Shown: positions 48,194-58,375, counted from the first letter of the stretch. The stretch: 64,000 nucleotides of DNA from an uncultured Acidobacteriota bacterium (GCA_963702425.1 CAVPCQ010000032.1:64001-128000), one strand, 5' to 3'. Notes: generated by a model not told the origin, from the letters alone. Made by a program: numbers and translations.

Positions 48194-48700
48194 GACATGC
48201 GCATGCAACAGGGCGGACCTGCGACTCGTCGCAGGCCCGCGGCGGGGGCAACTCGGGCGTGCCGCCGGGGCTGACGCCGGTGCTGCGCTCGGGCTGCTTC
48301 CCTGGGTCTATCCGACGTACTTCGGGATGTAGGGCGCGACCTTTTCGCGGGGCCGGGCGCGGAAGCGTCCCTCGTAGGCCTCGCGGAATCCCCGGGGGAG
48401 CCCGGTGCGGCGCGGAAAGCGTCTCCGCTGGCACAGGCCGGCCCAGCCGCGCGGCCGCCACAGGTCATACGTCTCGACCGGCGCCATGTTATGCGGGCAG
48501 TCGGGGTTGGGGCAGAACGGCGGGACGAAGTCACGCACCCGCTCGGAGTTCCTTGCCGCGGCCCATGCGTCAAGGAGACCACGCGGGCGGCGGTCGCGCA
48601 GCTTCCGTTCGCTCGTGATGCCCCGGAAGCGGGAATCCCGGTGACCACGGGGCCCTCTGCAGGCCCCGTGGTCGACCGTGCGCTGTTTCCAGCGCACCTC

Positions 48701-49114
48701 TCAGTGCTTGTTCGGCGCCATCGGCACGCCGCGGCGCTCGTACGTGATGTAGCTCTCCAGCGCGATCATCATCGGATCGTCGACCTTGAGCGGCTGCCCC
48801 TCCAGCGGCTGCTGGATGCACCAGTTGATCATGTCGCGCAGCGGGATCACCCGCCCCAGCTGCTGCTGGAACTTCGGATAGGTTTCGGGGTGGGTGTTGG
48901 CCGCGTTGGGGTGGCACTGCGCGCAGGCCACGCCGTTCGTCCCCAGCTCGGGGCTCGTCCAGAGCGCCCGGCCCTTGGCGACGACGCTCATGTACTCCTT
49001 GTCCCAGCGCGCCAGGTCCTCCTTGGTGAACTCGTCGGCCGTGAGCAGCCCGTGACCGACGAGGGCCGCCACGCCCAGCACGAGAGCACCGATGATCCAG
49101 GATCTCCTCTTCAT
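48701..49114 (-). CDS. mono-heme cytochrome c
   Basis: Signal peptide, CAQCH, INWCI. Confidence 0.85.
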   Translation of the reverse strand: MKRRSWIIGALVLGVAALVGHGLLTADEFTKEDLARWDKEYMSVVAKGRALWTSPELGTNGVACAQCHPNAANTHPETYPKFQQQLGRVIPLRDMINWCIQQPLEGQPLKVDDPMMIALESYITYERRGVPMAPNKH

Positions 49115-49128
49115 CGCACTCTCTCCTT

Positions 49129-50211
49129 CTAGTAGTGGATCTGCGGCGAGATGCGCTTCGCCGGATCCTGGTAGACCGTGTCCGCGGGCATGCCGGTCTT
49201 CGGATCGTAGGCCACGACCCGGCTGGTGTTTTCGTAGAGGTTGTACTTGACGGCGGCTCGGCCGGCGGCCACGTCGATCGTCTGCCAGCCCGTCGCGTCG
49301 CGCTCGAAGAACGGGTTGGCGCGGTTCATCGGCACCGTCATCTTCGGCATCGCCTGCTCGGCCTGGGCGTAGCTCTCGGGGTACGGCCAGGGCCACGCCG
49401 TCGCCATCACCGAGTGGAAGGTGATGTTGCCGATCTGGTTGTACTGGATCTGGTGCACGTGACCGTAGACCACGGTCGGCGTCTTGAACGGCTGGAGCAG
49501 CGCCTGCACCTGTTCGGCGTCGTCGGTCCAGAAGTTCCAGCCCTTGTAGATCTTCTGGATCGGCGAGTGCGAGAAGACGACCAGCGGCGTCTCCTTGCTC
49601 ACCTTCGCCAGGTCCTCGGCCAGCCAGGCCCGCTGCTTCTCGCCGACCATGAACGGCGAGCCGTTGGGGTTGTCGAGCCCGGCCATCTCCAGCATCCGTT
49701 GCTGGGCCGTCGGCCAGCGCTTGTAGGTCCACTCGTCGGTCGTGAGGATGCTGTTGAGCACGACGAAGTGGACCCCCTTGTGGTCGAAGCTGTAGTACTG
49801 CGGGCCGAAGAGCTTCGACCAGTATTCCCCGAGGTCGAGGTAGTAGTCGTGCTCGCCCATGACGCAACGGAGCTTCCCCTGGAGCTTCGACAGCATCTCG
49901 GCGCCGTGGTCCAGCTCGGCCTGGTTGCCGAGCTGCGCCAGGTCGCCGCCGAACATCACGAAGTCCGGGGCCGGGGTGAGCAGGTTCGTCTCCGCGACGG
50001 CCCGGATCAGGCCGCGGTCCCAGTTGCGGACGAACTGCGTCCCCTTGATGTGCTGGATGTGCGCGTCGGAGATGTAGGCGAAGGTGAAGTTCTGGGCCGG
50101 GTCGGCGAACGCCAGCTCGACGAGGCTCACCGGAAGGGCCGTCGCTGCAGCCGCGGCTCCCGCGGTCTTCAGGAAGGTCCGCCGATCGACGGTGGTGATG
50201 GCTTCGTTCAT
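49129..50211 (-). CDS. Tat-exported metallophosphoesterase
   Basis: DRRTFLK Tat motif; SDAH, GGD, GEHD, SH and GHVH motifs. Confidence 0.88.
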   Translation of the reverse strand: MNEAITTVDRRTFLKTAGAAAAATALPVSLVELAFADPAQNFTFAYISDAHIQHIKGTQFVRNWDRGLIRAVAETNLLTPAPDFVMFGGDLAQLGNQAELDHGAEMLSKLQGKLRCVMGEHDYYLDLGEYWSKLFGPQYYSFDHKGVHFVVLNSILTTDEWTYKRWPTAQQRMLEMAGLDNPNGSPFMVGEKQRAWLAEDLAKVSKETPLVVFSHSPIQKIYKGWNFWTDDAEQVQALLQPFKTPTVVYGHVHQIQYNQIGNITFHSVMATAWPWPYPESYAQAEQAMPKMTVPMNRANPFFERDATGWQTIDVAAGRAAVKYNLYENTSRVVAYDPKTGMPADTVYQDPAKRISPQIHY

Positions 50212-50227
50212 CCGCTCCTCCTTCCCG

Positions 50228-51376
50228 TCACTTCTTGGCCGCGGGCGCGGCCGCAGGGGCGTACTCGGGGCTGGTGAGCGTCTCCATGAACGCCACGAGG
50301 TCGTCGATCTCGGGTTCGGTCAGGTTGAGCGGCCGGATGCCGCCGCTGAGGAAGTCGTTCACCGGATCGCCGGGCTTCGTCACGCCGCCGTTGTTGTAGT
50401 GGACGACGACCTCCCGCAGCGTCTCGAGGCTGCCGTCGTGCATGTACGGCGCCGTCACGGCGATGTTCCGGAGGGTCGGCGTCTTGAACGACCCCAGGTC
50501 GTCGAGGCCGCGCGTCACCGCGAAGCGGCCCAACTCCGAGGTGCGCTTGTCGCTGAGGACCTGCTTGTCGACCTCTGCCAGCGTGGCCTGGGCCTTGAGG
50601 AACTCCTTCGCCAGGGACGGGACGTCCTTCTGGATCGCGTTGATGCCGACGCCGACGTTGTGGAACCGGTTGTCGGTGAAGATCGCCTGGGTCTGCTCGA
50701 TCACGTGGCAGGAGACGCATCGGCCCTTGTTCACGTACAGGTCGAAGCCGCGCTTGGCGGCGTCGCTGACCGCCTTCCCCTCCCCGCCGAAGTACCAGCG
50801 GTCGAAGGGCGAGTTCCCGGAGACCTGCACGCGCTCGAACGAAGCGATCGCCTGCGTCACCTCGACCATCGTGATCGCGTTGCCGCTCTTCGCGAAGACC
50901 GCCTGGAAGGCTTTGACGTACTCGGGATCGGTCCGCACGATCTTCAGGATCGGGTCGTGGTTCGGAAGCCCCATCTCGACCGGGTTGACGAACGGGTGGA
51001 GCGCCTGGTCCTCGAGGTCGGGCGAGCGCCCGTCCCAGAACATCTTCTCCATGTAGACGGCGTTGACGACGGTCGGCGCGTTGCGCGTTCCGTTCAGTTT
51101 CCGGATCCCCTCGGAGACCGGGAGCGGGCTGTCGGTGAAGGCCTTGGTGGCGTCGTGGCAGTTGGCGCACGCCACCTCGCCGGTCGAGCTGAACCGCTTG
51201 TCGTGGAAGAGCTTCTTGCCCAGCGCGACCTTGGCCTCGGACTGCGGGTTGTGGGCCGACACCGGCGCGGGCGGCAGGCCGAGCGGAGGGCCCCCCGCGG
51301 TGTCGCCGCCGCTCGCCGGCAGGGCGGCGGCCAGCGCCCCCAGGACGAAGAGCGCCGCTTTCCTCTGGATCCGCAT
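50228..51376 (-). CDS. di-heme cytochrome c peroxidase / MauG family
   Basis: CANCH, RNAPT, FWDGR, CVSCH, FKTPTLRN, PYMHDG. Confidence 0.92.
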   Translation of the reverse strand: MRIQRKAALFVLGALAAALPASGGDTAGGPPLGLPPAPVSAHNPQSEAKVALGKKLFHDKRFSSTGEVACANCHDATKAFTDSPLPVSEGIRKLNGTRNAPTVVNAVYMEKMFWDGRSPDLEDQALHPFVNPVEMGLPNHDPILKIVRTDPEYVKAFQAVFAKSGNAITMVEVTQAIASFERVQVSGNSPFDRWYFGGEGKAVSDAAKRGFDLYVNKGRCVSCHVIEQTQAIFTDNRFHNVGVGINAIQKDVPSLAKEFLKAQATLAEVDKQVLSDKRTSELGRFAVTRGLDDLGSFKTPTLRNIAVTAPYMHDGSLETLREVVVHYNNGGVTKPGDPVNDFLSGGIRPLNLTEPEIDDLVAFMETLTSPEYAPAAAPAAKK

Positions 51377-51380
51377 CGCC

Positions 51381-51935
51381 TCACCTCCTCTTCTTGCTTG
51401 CCTGCTTGCTCGTGGGCCGGGCCTTGCCCGGCGGCCGGCGGCGCCCGGACAGCGGGGCGCGGCAGGTCCGGCACAGGCCCCGAAACTGCACGACGAAATC
51501 GCTCACCTCGAAACCGAGGCGCGATGTATCCGGCATGGGAAGGGCGTCGAGCGCCGGGTCGACGATGTCGATCACCGCCTCGCAGCCGCTGCAGACCAGG
51601 TGGTGGTGCGCGTCGAGCCGCGCATCGTAGCGGGCCGCGCGGCCCGGAACGCCCGCCTTGGCGAGCAATCCCAGGCGCACGAAGGTCTCGAGCGTGCGGT
51701 GGATCGTCGCCCGCGACACGCCGGGGAGGCGCCGGCGCACGATGGCCAGGACGTCGTCGACCGTGGGGTGCTCGCCGCGCTCGAGGACGACGTCGAGGAT
51801 GATGCGCCGCTGCACGGTGAGCGGGAGGCCCTCCTCGCGGCAGAGCGCTTCGAGCTGCTGGCGTCGCTTGTCCCGCTGGTGCGCGTCCACGAACCGCTCC
51901 CGGCGCGGGGGGGCCGCGTCGATTCGTTGAGACAC
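51381..51935 (-). CDS. Fur/PerR family transcriptional regulator
   Basis: TVQRRII, HPT, SRATIHRTL, HHHLVCSGC, CRTC. Confidence 0.9.
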   Translation of the reverse strand: MSQRIDAAPPRRERFVDAHQRDKRRQQLEALCREEGLPLTVQRRIILDVVLERGEHPTVDDVLAIVRRRLPGVSRATIHRTLETFVRLGLLAKAGVPGRAARYDARLDAHHHLVCSGCEAVIDIVDPALDALPMPDTSRLGFEVSDFVVQFRGLCRTCRAPLSGRRRPPGKARPTSKQASKKRR

Positions 51936-52011
51936 TATGGCAGATGAGATCCGATCTCAAGGGCTGAAAGCGAGCGAAACCGTCGCAGTAAGCCCCCTTT
52001 CCGACGCCTCT

Positions 52012-52401
52012 TTACGCCAGTTCGGCCAGGTTCCGCCCGGCCTTCTGCGCCTCCCGCAGCTGGCCCAGCGTGTCGACCGCGTGACGCAGGTGCGGGATGA
52101 CGATCGAGCCGCCGACGACCAGCGCGACGTTGAGCGCCTCGAGCAGCTCCTCGTCGGTGCTCCCCTGCCGGGCGCACTGGATCAGGTGGTAGTCGATGCA
52201 GTCGTTGCAGCGCAGCACCGTCGACGCAACGAGGCCGAGCAGCTCCTTCGTCTGAGCCGGGAGCGCACCGTCGACGTAGGCTTGGGTGTCGAGGTTGAAG
52301 AAGCGCTTGATGCCGAGCTGGCCGCTCCCGAGGATCTTCTCGTTCATCGCCTTGCGGTAGGTCGTGTAGCCGTCGAGGTCGAACCGGGAGCCGTCCGCCA
52401 T
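52012..52401 (-). CDS. carboxymuconolactone decarboxylase / AhpD-like protein
   Basis: KELLGLVAS..LRCNDCIDYH. Confidence 0.85.
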   Translation of the reverse strand: MADGSRFDLDGYTTYRKAMNEKILGSGQLGIKRFFNLDTQAYVDGALPAQTKELLGLVASTVLRCNDCIDYHLIQCARQGSTDEELLEALNVALVVGGSIVIPHLRHAVDTLGQLREAQKAGRNLAELA

Positions 52402-52507
52402 GCCTGGTCCTCCGTCCCCGGTGCCGCTTGACGTGCCGCGGGGGCGGGGTCAATTTAGCGCACCTTGAGGACCGGGAGGCGGGTCTGGGCATGAGGCACC
52501 GGCGCCG

Positions 52508-52978
52508 ATGACGACGAACACCACCGAGCGGGCCGTCCGCTACGAGCGGATCGCGGGCCAGCTGGCGGAGCTGTTCGGCAAGACCCCCGACCCGACCGCG
52601 CGCATGGCGACCGCGGTGGCGCTCCTGCACCACAAGATGCCGCACTTCTTCTGGACCGGGTTCTACCGGCTCGTGGACGGCGACCTGGTCGTCGGGCCCT
52701 ACCAGGGGCCGCTCGCCTGCCAGGTCCTCGAGCGCGACAAGGGGGTCTGCTGGGCCGGCGTCCGGCGCGCGGCCCCGGTGCTGGTCCCGAACGTCCACGA
52801 GTTCCCCGGCCACATCGCCTGCGACGCCCGGTCGCAGAGCGAGGTCGTCGTCCCGCTCCGCGACGCCTCGGGCCGCGTCGTCGGCGTGCTCGACGTCGAC
52901 AGCGACAGGCTGGCCGCGTTTTCGGAAGCGGACGTGGCCGGGCTCGAGAGGATCGTCGACATGATCTACGGGCGCTGA
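52508..52978 (+). CDS. GAF domain protein (free methionine-R-sulfoxide reductase-like)
   Basis: WTGFY, GPYQGPLAC, GVC, FPGHIACD, SEVVVP, VLDVDS. Confidence 0.85.
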   Translation: MTTNTTERAVRYERIAGQLAELFGKTPDPTARMATAVALLHHKMPHFFWTGFYRLVDGDLVVGPYQGPLACQVLERDKGVCWAGVRRAAPVLVPNVHEFPGHIACDARSQSEVVVPLRDASGRVVGVLDVDSDRLAAFSEADVAGLERIVDMIYGR

Positions 52979-53005
52979 CGCCCGGGGCCACTGCCGGAGA
53001 CCGCC

Positions 53006-53824
53006 ATGGACACCTCGCTCATCCAGCTCGACGCCGACCACCCCGGGTTCAACGATGCCGCCTACCGCGCACGCCGCGACGAGATCGCGCGCCTGGCGAT
53101 GGACCACAAGGAGGGTGATCCGCCGCCGCGCGTCTCCTACACCGAGAGCGAGACGACGACCTGGGGCACCGTGCTGCGGGAGCTGCGCAAGCTGTTCCCG
53201 AAGCACGCCTGCCGCGAGTTCAACGAGGTCTTCGAGGAGATCGGCTACCGCGAGGACCAGATTGCGCAGCAGGCCGACCTGCACGCCTTCCTGCGCCAGA
53301 AGACCGGCTTCTCGGTCTCGCCGGTCGCGGGGCTGGTCAGCTCGCGCGACTTCCTCGGCGCGCTGGCGCGCCGGATCTTCCCCTGCACGCAGTACATCCG
53401 GCACCACAGCTCGCCGTACTACACGCCGGAGCCGGACATCTGCCACGAGATGCTCGGCCACATCCCGATGCTGGCCAACCGCGACTTCTCGAATCTGACG
53501 CAGAAATTCGGCGACGCCTCGATCGGGGCGACGGACGCCGAGATCGACCAGCTCGGGCGACTCTACTGGTACACGGTGGAATTCGGGGTGGTGCGGCAGG
53601 ACGGCCAGCTGCGGGCCTACGGCGCCGGCCTGCTGTCGAGCTTCGGGGAACTGGAGAACTCCCTGTCGGGGAAGGCCGAGATCCGCCGCTTCGACCCCGA
53701 GGTGGTGCGGCAGATCGTCTACCCGATCACGACCTACCAGCCGTTCCTGTTCGAGGTCTCCTCGATCGCCGAGGCGTTCGACCGGATGTCGGCCTTCGTG
53801 GAGCGGATGAAGGCCGAGCGCTGA
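53006..53824 (+). CDS. phhA: phenylalanine 4-monooxygenase
   Basis: FPCTQYIRH, YTPEPDICHEMLGH, LYWYTVEFG, AYGAGLLSSFGE. Confidence 0.9.
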   Translation: MDTSLIQLDADHPGFNDAAYRARRDEIARLAMDHKEGDPPPRVSYTESETTTWGTVLRELRKLFPKHACREFNEVFEEIGYREDQIAQQADLHAFLRQKTGFSVSPVAGLVSSRDFLGALARRIFPCTQYIRHHSSPYYTPEPDICHEMLGHIPMLANRDFSNLTQKFGDASIGATDAEIDQLGRLYWYTVEFGVVRQDGQLRAYGAGLLSSFGELENSLSGKAEIRRFDPEVVRQIVYPITTYQPFLFEVSSIAEAFDRMSAFVERMKAER

Positions 53825-53966
53825 CGGGGTTCGGCGTACCCGCTCGTTAGCCGTCAATTCCCTCGGCAGCGGCGGCCCCTCCGGCCGTCTCGCCCCGGGT
53901 CCCGGACCCGGCTAACATGCCGGTCTCACGTCTTCCCGGGGCCCGGACACCGGGCCGGAGAGCCTC

Positions 53967-55166
53967 ATGTCGAGCACGCCCGACGCGCCGAAGAACCTCG
54001 GCATCATCGGCTGGGACCACTACGAGTTCATCGTTCACGACCTCGAGCGCAGCCAGCGCTTCTACACGCGGATGATGGACATGCCGCAGGCCGGCCGCCT
54101 GGACGACCGCGCCGCCGCGGAGCGGGGCGAGAAGGGCCTGCTCTTCCGCGCCGGCAAGGCGACGTTCGCGTGCCTCACGCCGACCGAGCGCAACGGCCGC
54201 GCCGAGCGCTGGCTCCGGCGACACCCGGACGGTGTGGCCGTCATGGCGCTGCGCGTGCGCGACCTCGAGCAGACGCGGCAGCTCCTCGCCGCGCGCGGCG
54301 CGACCTTCTGCACCGGCACCCTCGAGACGACCGACCACACCGGCGCACCGTACCGCTGGTTCGAGATCGCGACCTCGCTCGGCGACGTCCGCTTCCGCTT
54401 CGTCGAGCGCGGTGCGGAGGCGCTGCCCCCGGGCTTCCTGCCGCTCGCCGAAACCCCGGCCCAGCAGAACCGCTACGGCTTCCAGGTCATCGACCACGTC
54501 ACCTCGAACTTCCTGACGATCGCCCCGCACATCGCCTGGCTGCGCGACGTGATGGGGATGGAGGAGTACTGGCGGGTCCACTTCCACACCGCCGACGTCA
54601 CGCGGCGCAAGGATTTCGGCTCCGGACTGGCCTCGATCGTGATGTGGGACCCCGAGTCCGGGATCAAGCTCGCCAACAACGAGCCGGTGACGCCCAACTA
54701 CGAGGCCAGCCAGATCTACACCTTCGTCGAGTCCAATCACGGCGCCGGGGTGCAGCACATCGCGTTCCACGTACCGCAGATCATCCCGGCGGTCGACGGC
54801 CTGCGGCAGGGGGGAATCGAGTTCCTCGCGACCCCCGCGACCTACTACGACATGCTGCCGGAGCGGCTCGTGCAGCAGAAGGTCGGAACCATGAAAGAGG
54901 ACATCGAGACGCTCCGGCGGCTCGGGATCCTGGTCGACGGTGCCGACGACCGCTACCTGCTCCAGATCTTCATGGTCGAGGGCGGCGTGCTCTACGACGA
55001 CCTCCACGCCGGCCCGTTCTTCTACGAGGTGATCCAGCGCTGCGGGTCCCGGAGCTTCGGCGAGGGGAACTTCCGCGCACTGTTCGAAGCGATCGAGCGC
55101 GACCAGGTCGCGCGCGGCGTCGTCACATCCGCGCCGTCGCAGCTGGACGCCGGCGCCGGATCGTAG
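53967..55166 (+). CDS. hppD: 4-hydroxyphenylpyruvate dioxygenase
   Basis: IDHVT, GAGVQHIAF, LLQIF, FFYEVIQR, FGEGNFRALFEAIE. Confidence 0.92.
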   Translation: MSSTPDAPKNLGIIGWDHYEFIVHDLERSQRFYTRMMDMPQAGRLDDRAAAERGEKGLLFRAGKATFACLTPTERNGRAERWLRRHPDGVAVMALRVRDLEQTRQLLAARGATFCTGTLETTDHTGAPYRWFEIATSLGDVRFRFVERGAEALPPGFLPLAETPAQQNRYGFQVIDHVTSNFLTIAPHIAWLRDVMGMEEYWRVHFHTADVTRRKDFGSGLASIVMWDPESGIKLANNEPVTPNYEASQIYTFVESNHGAGVQHIAFHVPQIIPAVDGLRQGGIEFLATPATYYDMLPERLVQQKVGTMKEDIETLRRLGILVDGADDRYLLQIFMVEGGVLYDDLHAGPFFYEVIQRCGSRSFGEGNFRALFEAIERDQVARGVVTSAPSQLDAGAGS

Positions 55167-55170
55167 GCAC

Positions 55171-55229
55171 GTAGGGGCCGGCCTCCGTGCCGGCCCGGAA
55201 GACGTAGGGGCCGGCCTCCGTGCTGGCCC
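55171..55229 (+). repeat. two tandem GTAG-type REP palindromes
   Basis: GTAGGGGCCGGCCTCCGTGCCGGCCC (55171-55196) and GTAGGGGCCGGCCTCCGTGCTGGCCC (55204-55229): GTAG plus GC hairpin. Confidence 0.75.
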
Positions 55230-55246
55230 GTGAAAGAGGTGAACGC

Positions 55247-56413
55247 ATGATCCACCGGATGCAACTGGGCGACGTGCCGAGCAAGCACCACATCGTCTTC
55301 AAGCCCGGCGGGAAGCTCGCCTTCGAGCACTGCTTCACGCGCCAGGGGTTCGACGGCGCCTACACGATCATGTACCACCGTGAGCCTCCGCACTGGGTGG
55401 CGACCGAGGAGGATCTCGGTGCGCACCCCGGTCTCGCCGGCTCGAACTGGGACGGTCCGCTGCGCCGCCGGCACTTCGTGACCTCCCGGATGGCGCTCGG
55501 CGGCTCGCCCTTCACCGGCCGCAGGCTGCTGCTGGAGAATGCCGACGTCGGCGTCTTCATGGTCCACGCCGACCGCGACGACGAGACCGTCGTCAGCAAC
55601 GGCGATGGCGACGAGCTGGTCTTCGTGCACCGCGGATCGGGGCGGCTCGAGACCCCGCTGGGTGTCGTGCGCTTCGGTCCCGAGGACTACGTCTACGTCC
55701 CGCGCGCCCTTCCCTACCGCTGGCGGCTGGATGGCCCCGCGTCGATGTTCATCACGGAAGGACGCAGCTACATCGACATCCCGAAGCAGTTCCGCAACGC
55801 CTACGGGCAGCTGACGCTGGACGCCCCCTACTGCCACCGCGATTTCCGGGGTCCCGAGTGGCCCGCGGGCGGCCCGGAGTCGCTGGGCGCCCCGGCCCGG
55901 CTGATCGCGCAGCGATACGGCCGGCTGACCGCCTTCACGCTCGGCTCCGACCCCTTCAACGTGGTCGGCTGGGACGGCAGCATGTGGCCGTTCGCGTTCA
56001 ACGTCCGCAACTACCAGCCGCGGACCGGCCTCGTCCACCTCCCGCCGACGATCCACCTGACCTTCGCGGGCGGCGGCTTCATCGTCTGTTCTTTCGTGCC
56101 GCGCAAGACCGACTTCCACCCGCAGGCGATCCCCTGCCCCTACCCGCACTCGTCGGTCCACTGCGACGAAGTGATCTACTACGTCGAGGGGAACTTCACG
56201 AGCCGCAAGGGGATCGAGCCGGGCTCGGTCTCGCTGCACCCGATGGGGATGCCGCACGGGCCGCACCCCGGCACCTACGAGGCCTCGATCGGCACGACCG
56301 AGACGAGCGAGCTGGCGGTCATGCTCGACACGTTCAAGGCACTGATGCCCACCGACACCGCGCGCGAGATCGAGGACAAGGGCTACAACCTCAGTTGGGC
56401 GCCCCACCTGTGA
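55247..56413 (+). CDS. hmgA: homogentisate 1,2-dioxygenase
   Basis: NGDGDELVFVH, GWDG, HLPPTIH, PYPHSSVHCDE, SLHPMGMPHGPHPG, ELAVMLDTF. Confidence 0.9.
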   Translation: MIHRMQLGDVPSKHHIVFKPGGKLAFEHCFTRQGFDGAYTIMYHREPPHWVATEEDLGAHPGLAGSNWDGPLRRRHFVTSRMALGGSPFTGRRLLLENADVGVFMVHADRDDETVVSNGDGDELVFVHRGSGRLETPLGVVRFGPEDYVYVPRALPYRWRLDGPASMFITEGRSYIDIPKQFRNAYGQLTLDAPYCHRDFRGPEWPAGGPESLGAPARLIAQRYGRLTAFTLGSDPFNVVGWDGSMWPFAFNVRNYQPRTGLVHLPPTIHLTFAGGGFIVCSFVPRKTDFHPQAIPCPYPHSSVHCDEVIYYVEGNFTSRKGIEPGSVSLHPMGMPHGPHPGTYEASIGTTETSELAVMLDTFKALMPTDTAREIEDKGYNLSWAPHL

Positions 56414-58353
56414 CCCGCTCGAATCACGTCTGGGAGCCTCGGCTCGACGACCTGTCGCACTCGCACGTGGCGCGCCTCATGGACCGCCACGGGATCGGGA
56501 CGCCCGACGAGCTGCGGCGGCGCGCAGCGACCGATCCGGACTGGTTCTACCCGGCGATCAGCGACGACCTGGGGATCGAGTGGTTCAGGCCCTACGACAC
56601 GCTGAAGGACGGGTCCCGCGGCCTTCCCTGGACCGACTGGTTCATCGGCGGACAGCTCAACCTGGTGCACAACTGCCTCGACCGGCACGTCTCCGCCGGC
56701 CATGGCGGCGAGCCGGCCGTCATCTCGGAGGACGACGACGGGAAGGTCACGCGCCTCAGCTACCGGGAGCTGCACGAGCGGGTCCAGCGTCTCGCGGGCG
56801 CGCTCGCCGGGCTGGGGGTGGGAGTCGACGACGCCGTCGGCCTCTACCTCCCGACGTGCGCGGACGCCGTGGTCGCGCTCCTGGCCTGCCTCCGGATCGG
56901 CGCGGTGGCGGTGCCGGTCTTCTCCGGCTTCGGTCCCGAGGCGCTGGCGGTGCGACTGGCCGACGCGAAGGTCAAGCTCTTGATCACCGCCGACGGCACG
57001 CGCCGGCGCGGGCGGCCAGTTCCGCTCAAGCCGGCCGCCGACCACGCCGCCGGCCTTTCGGGGACAGTGCGGCAGGTCGTCGTGCTGCGCCGGACCGGCG
57101 CACAGAACCCCTGCGACAAGGACCACGACGTCTCATGGGAGGAGATCGAAGCCGCGGCCGCGCCGTCATATCCGACCGTTCCGCTGAACGGCGCCGCGCG
57201 CGCGCTGATCCTCCACACGCCGGGCACGACCGGACCGCCCAAGGGCGCGATCCACACCCACGCCGGCGTGCAGGTCGTCACGGCCAAGGAAGTCGGCTAC
57301 CACCTCGACCTGCGCCCCGGCGAGACGATGTTCTGGCTGACCGATATCGGCTGGATGATGGGGCCCTGGGAGATCCTCGGCGTTCTGTTCCACCGCGGCA
57401 CCGTCGTGCTGCTCGACGGGACGCTCGACTACCCGGGATTCGATCGCCTGTTCCGGATCGTGGAGCGTCACCGCGTAACTCACCTCGCGATCACGCCGAC
57501 CCGCGCGCGCCAGCTGGCCGCCAACCAGGGCGCGATCGGGCGCGGCCACGACCTGTCCTCGGTGCGCGTGCTCGGTTCGACGGGCGAGCCCTGGGACGAA
57601 GCGAGCTATCTCTGGGCGTTCCACAATCTCGGCCGCGGCCGTTGCCCGATCATCAACATCTCGGGCGGCACCGAGCTGATGGGCTGCCTGCTCGCGCCGC
57701 TGGTCGTCGCTCCGCTGACGCCGACCACGCTGCAGGGCCCGGCCCTGGGGATGGACATCGACGTCGTGGACGACGCCGGGAGACCGGTGCGCGGCGCGGT
57801 CGGCTACCTCGTCTGCCGCAACGCCGCGCCCAACATGACGCGCGGCTTTCTCGGCGACCCGCAGCGTTATCTCGAGACCTACTTCGCCCGCTTCGGCGAG
57901 TCGATCTGGTGCCACGGCGACTGGGCCCGCGTCGACAACGCCGGCTTCTGGTACCTCTCCGGCCGCACCGACGACACGCTCAAGATCGCCGGCCGTCGGA
58001 TCGGCCCGGGTGAGGTCGAGTCCGCGGCCGTGTCGCACCCGGCGGTCCGCGAGGCGGCGGCGATCGGGATCGACGATCCGATGGAAGGGACGCGACTCGT
58101 GCTGGTGCTCGTGCCCAAGCCCGGTACGAGGCCGTCGGACGCACTCGGCCGCGACGTCGCGTTGCACGTCGCCGACCAGCTCGGGACCGCGATGCGTCCC
58201 GCGACGGTGCGGTGGGTCGAAGCGCTGCCCGCGACGCGGGCCGGGCGGATCCTGCGCGGCGTGGTCCGCAAGGTCCTGTCGGGCGAGGATCCTGGGAGCC
58301 TCGCGCTGGTGGCCAACCCCGACGCGGTCGAGGCCCTCAAGCGGACGCGCTAG
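56410..58353 (+). CDS. acyl-CoA synthetase (acetate/acetoacetate-CoA ligase-like)
   Basis: ACS fold motifs TDIGWMMGPW, STGEPW, INISGGTE, HGDW, GRTDD; P-loop and A10 motif are non-canonical. Confidence 0.82.
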   Translation: MTRSNHVWEPRLDDLSHSHVARLMDRHGIGTPDELRRRAATDPDWFYPAISDDLGIEWFRPYDTLKDGSRGLPWTDWFIGGQLNLVHNCLDRHVSAGHGGEPAVISEDDDGKVTRLSYRELHERVQRLAGALAGLGVGVDDAVGLYLPTCADAVVALLACLRIGAVAVPVFSGFGPEALAVRLADAKVKLLITADGTRRRGRPVPLKPAADHAAGLSGTVRQVVVLRRTGAQNPCDKDHDVSWEEIEAAAAPSYPTVPLNGAARALILHTPGTTGPPKGAIHTHAGVQVVTAKEVGYHLDLRPGETMFWLTDIGWMMGPWEILGVLFHRGTVVLLDGTLDYPGFDRLFRIVERHRVTHLAITPTRARQLAANQGAIGRGHDLSSVRVLGSTGEPWDEASYLWAFHNLGRGRCPIINISGGTELMGCLLAPLVVAPLTPTTLQGPALGMDIDVVDDAGRPVRGAVGYLVCRNAAPNMTRGFLGDPQRYLETYFARFGESIWCHGDWARVDNAGFWYLSGRTDDTLKIAGRRIGPGEVESAAVSHPAVREAAAIGIDDPMEGTRLVLVLVPKPGTRPSDALGRDVALHVADQLGTAMRPATVRWVEALPATRAGRILRGVVRKVLSGEDPGSLALVANPDAVEALKRTR

Positions 58354-58375
58354 ACGGATCAGTTCGGGGGGGGCG

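Noticed and set aside
48440-48545. Minus-strand fragment FVPPFCPNPDCPH resembling a transposase zinc-finger start
   Set aside because: Too short and degenerate to assign to a family.
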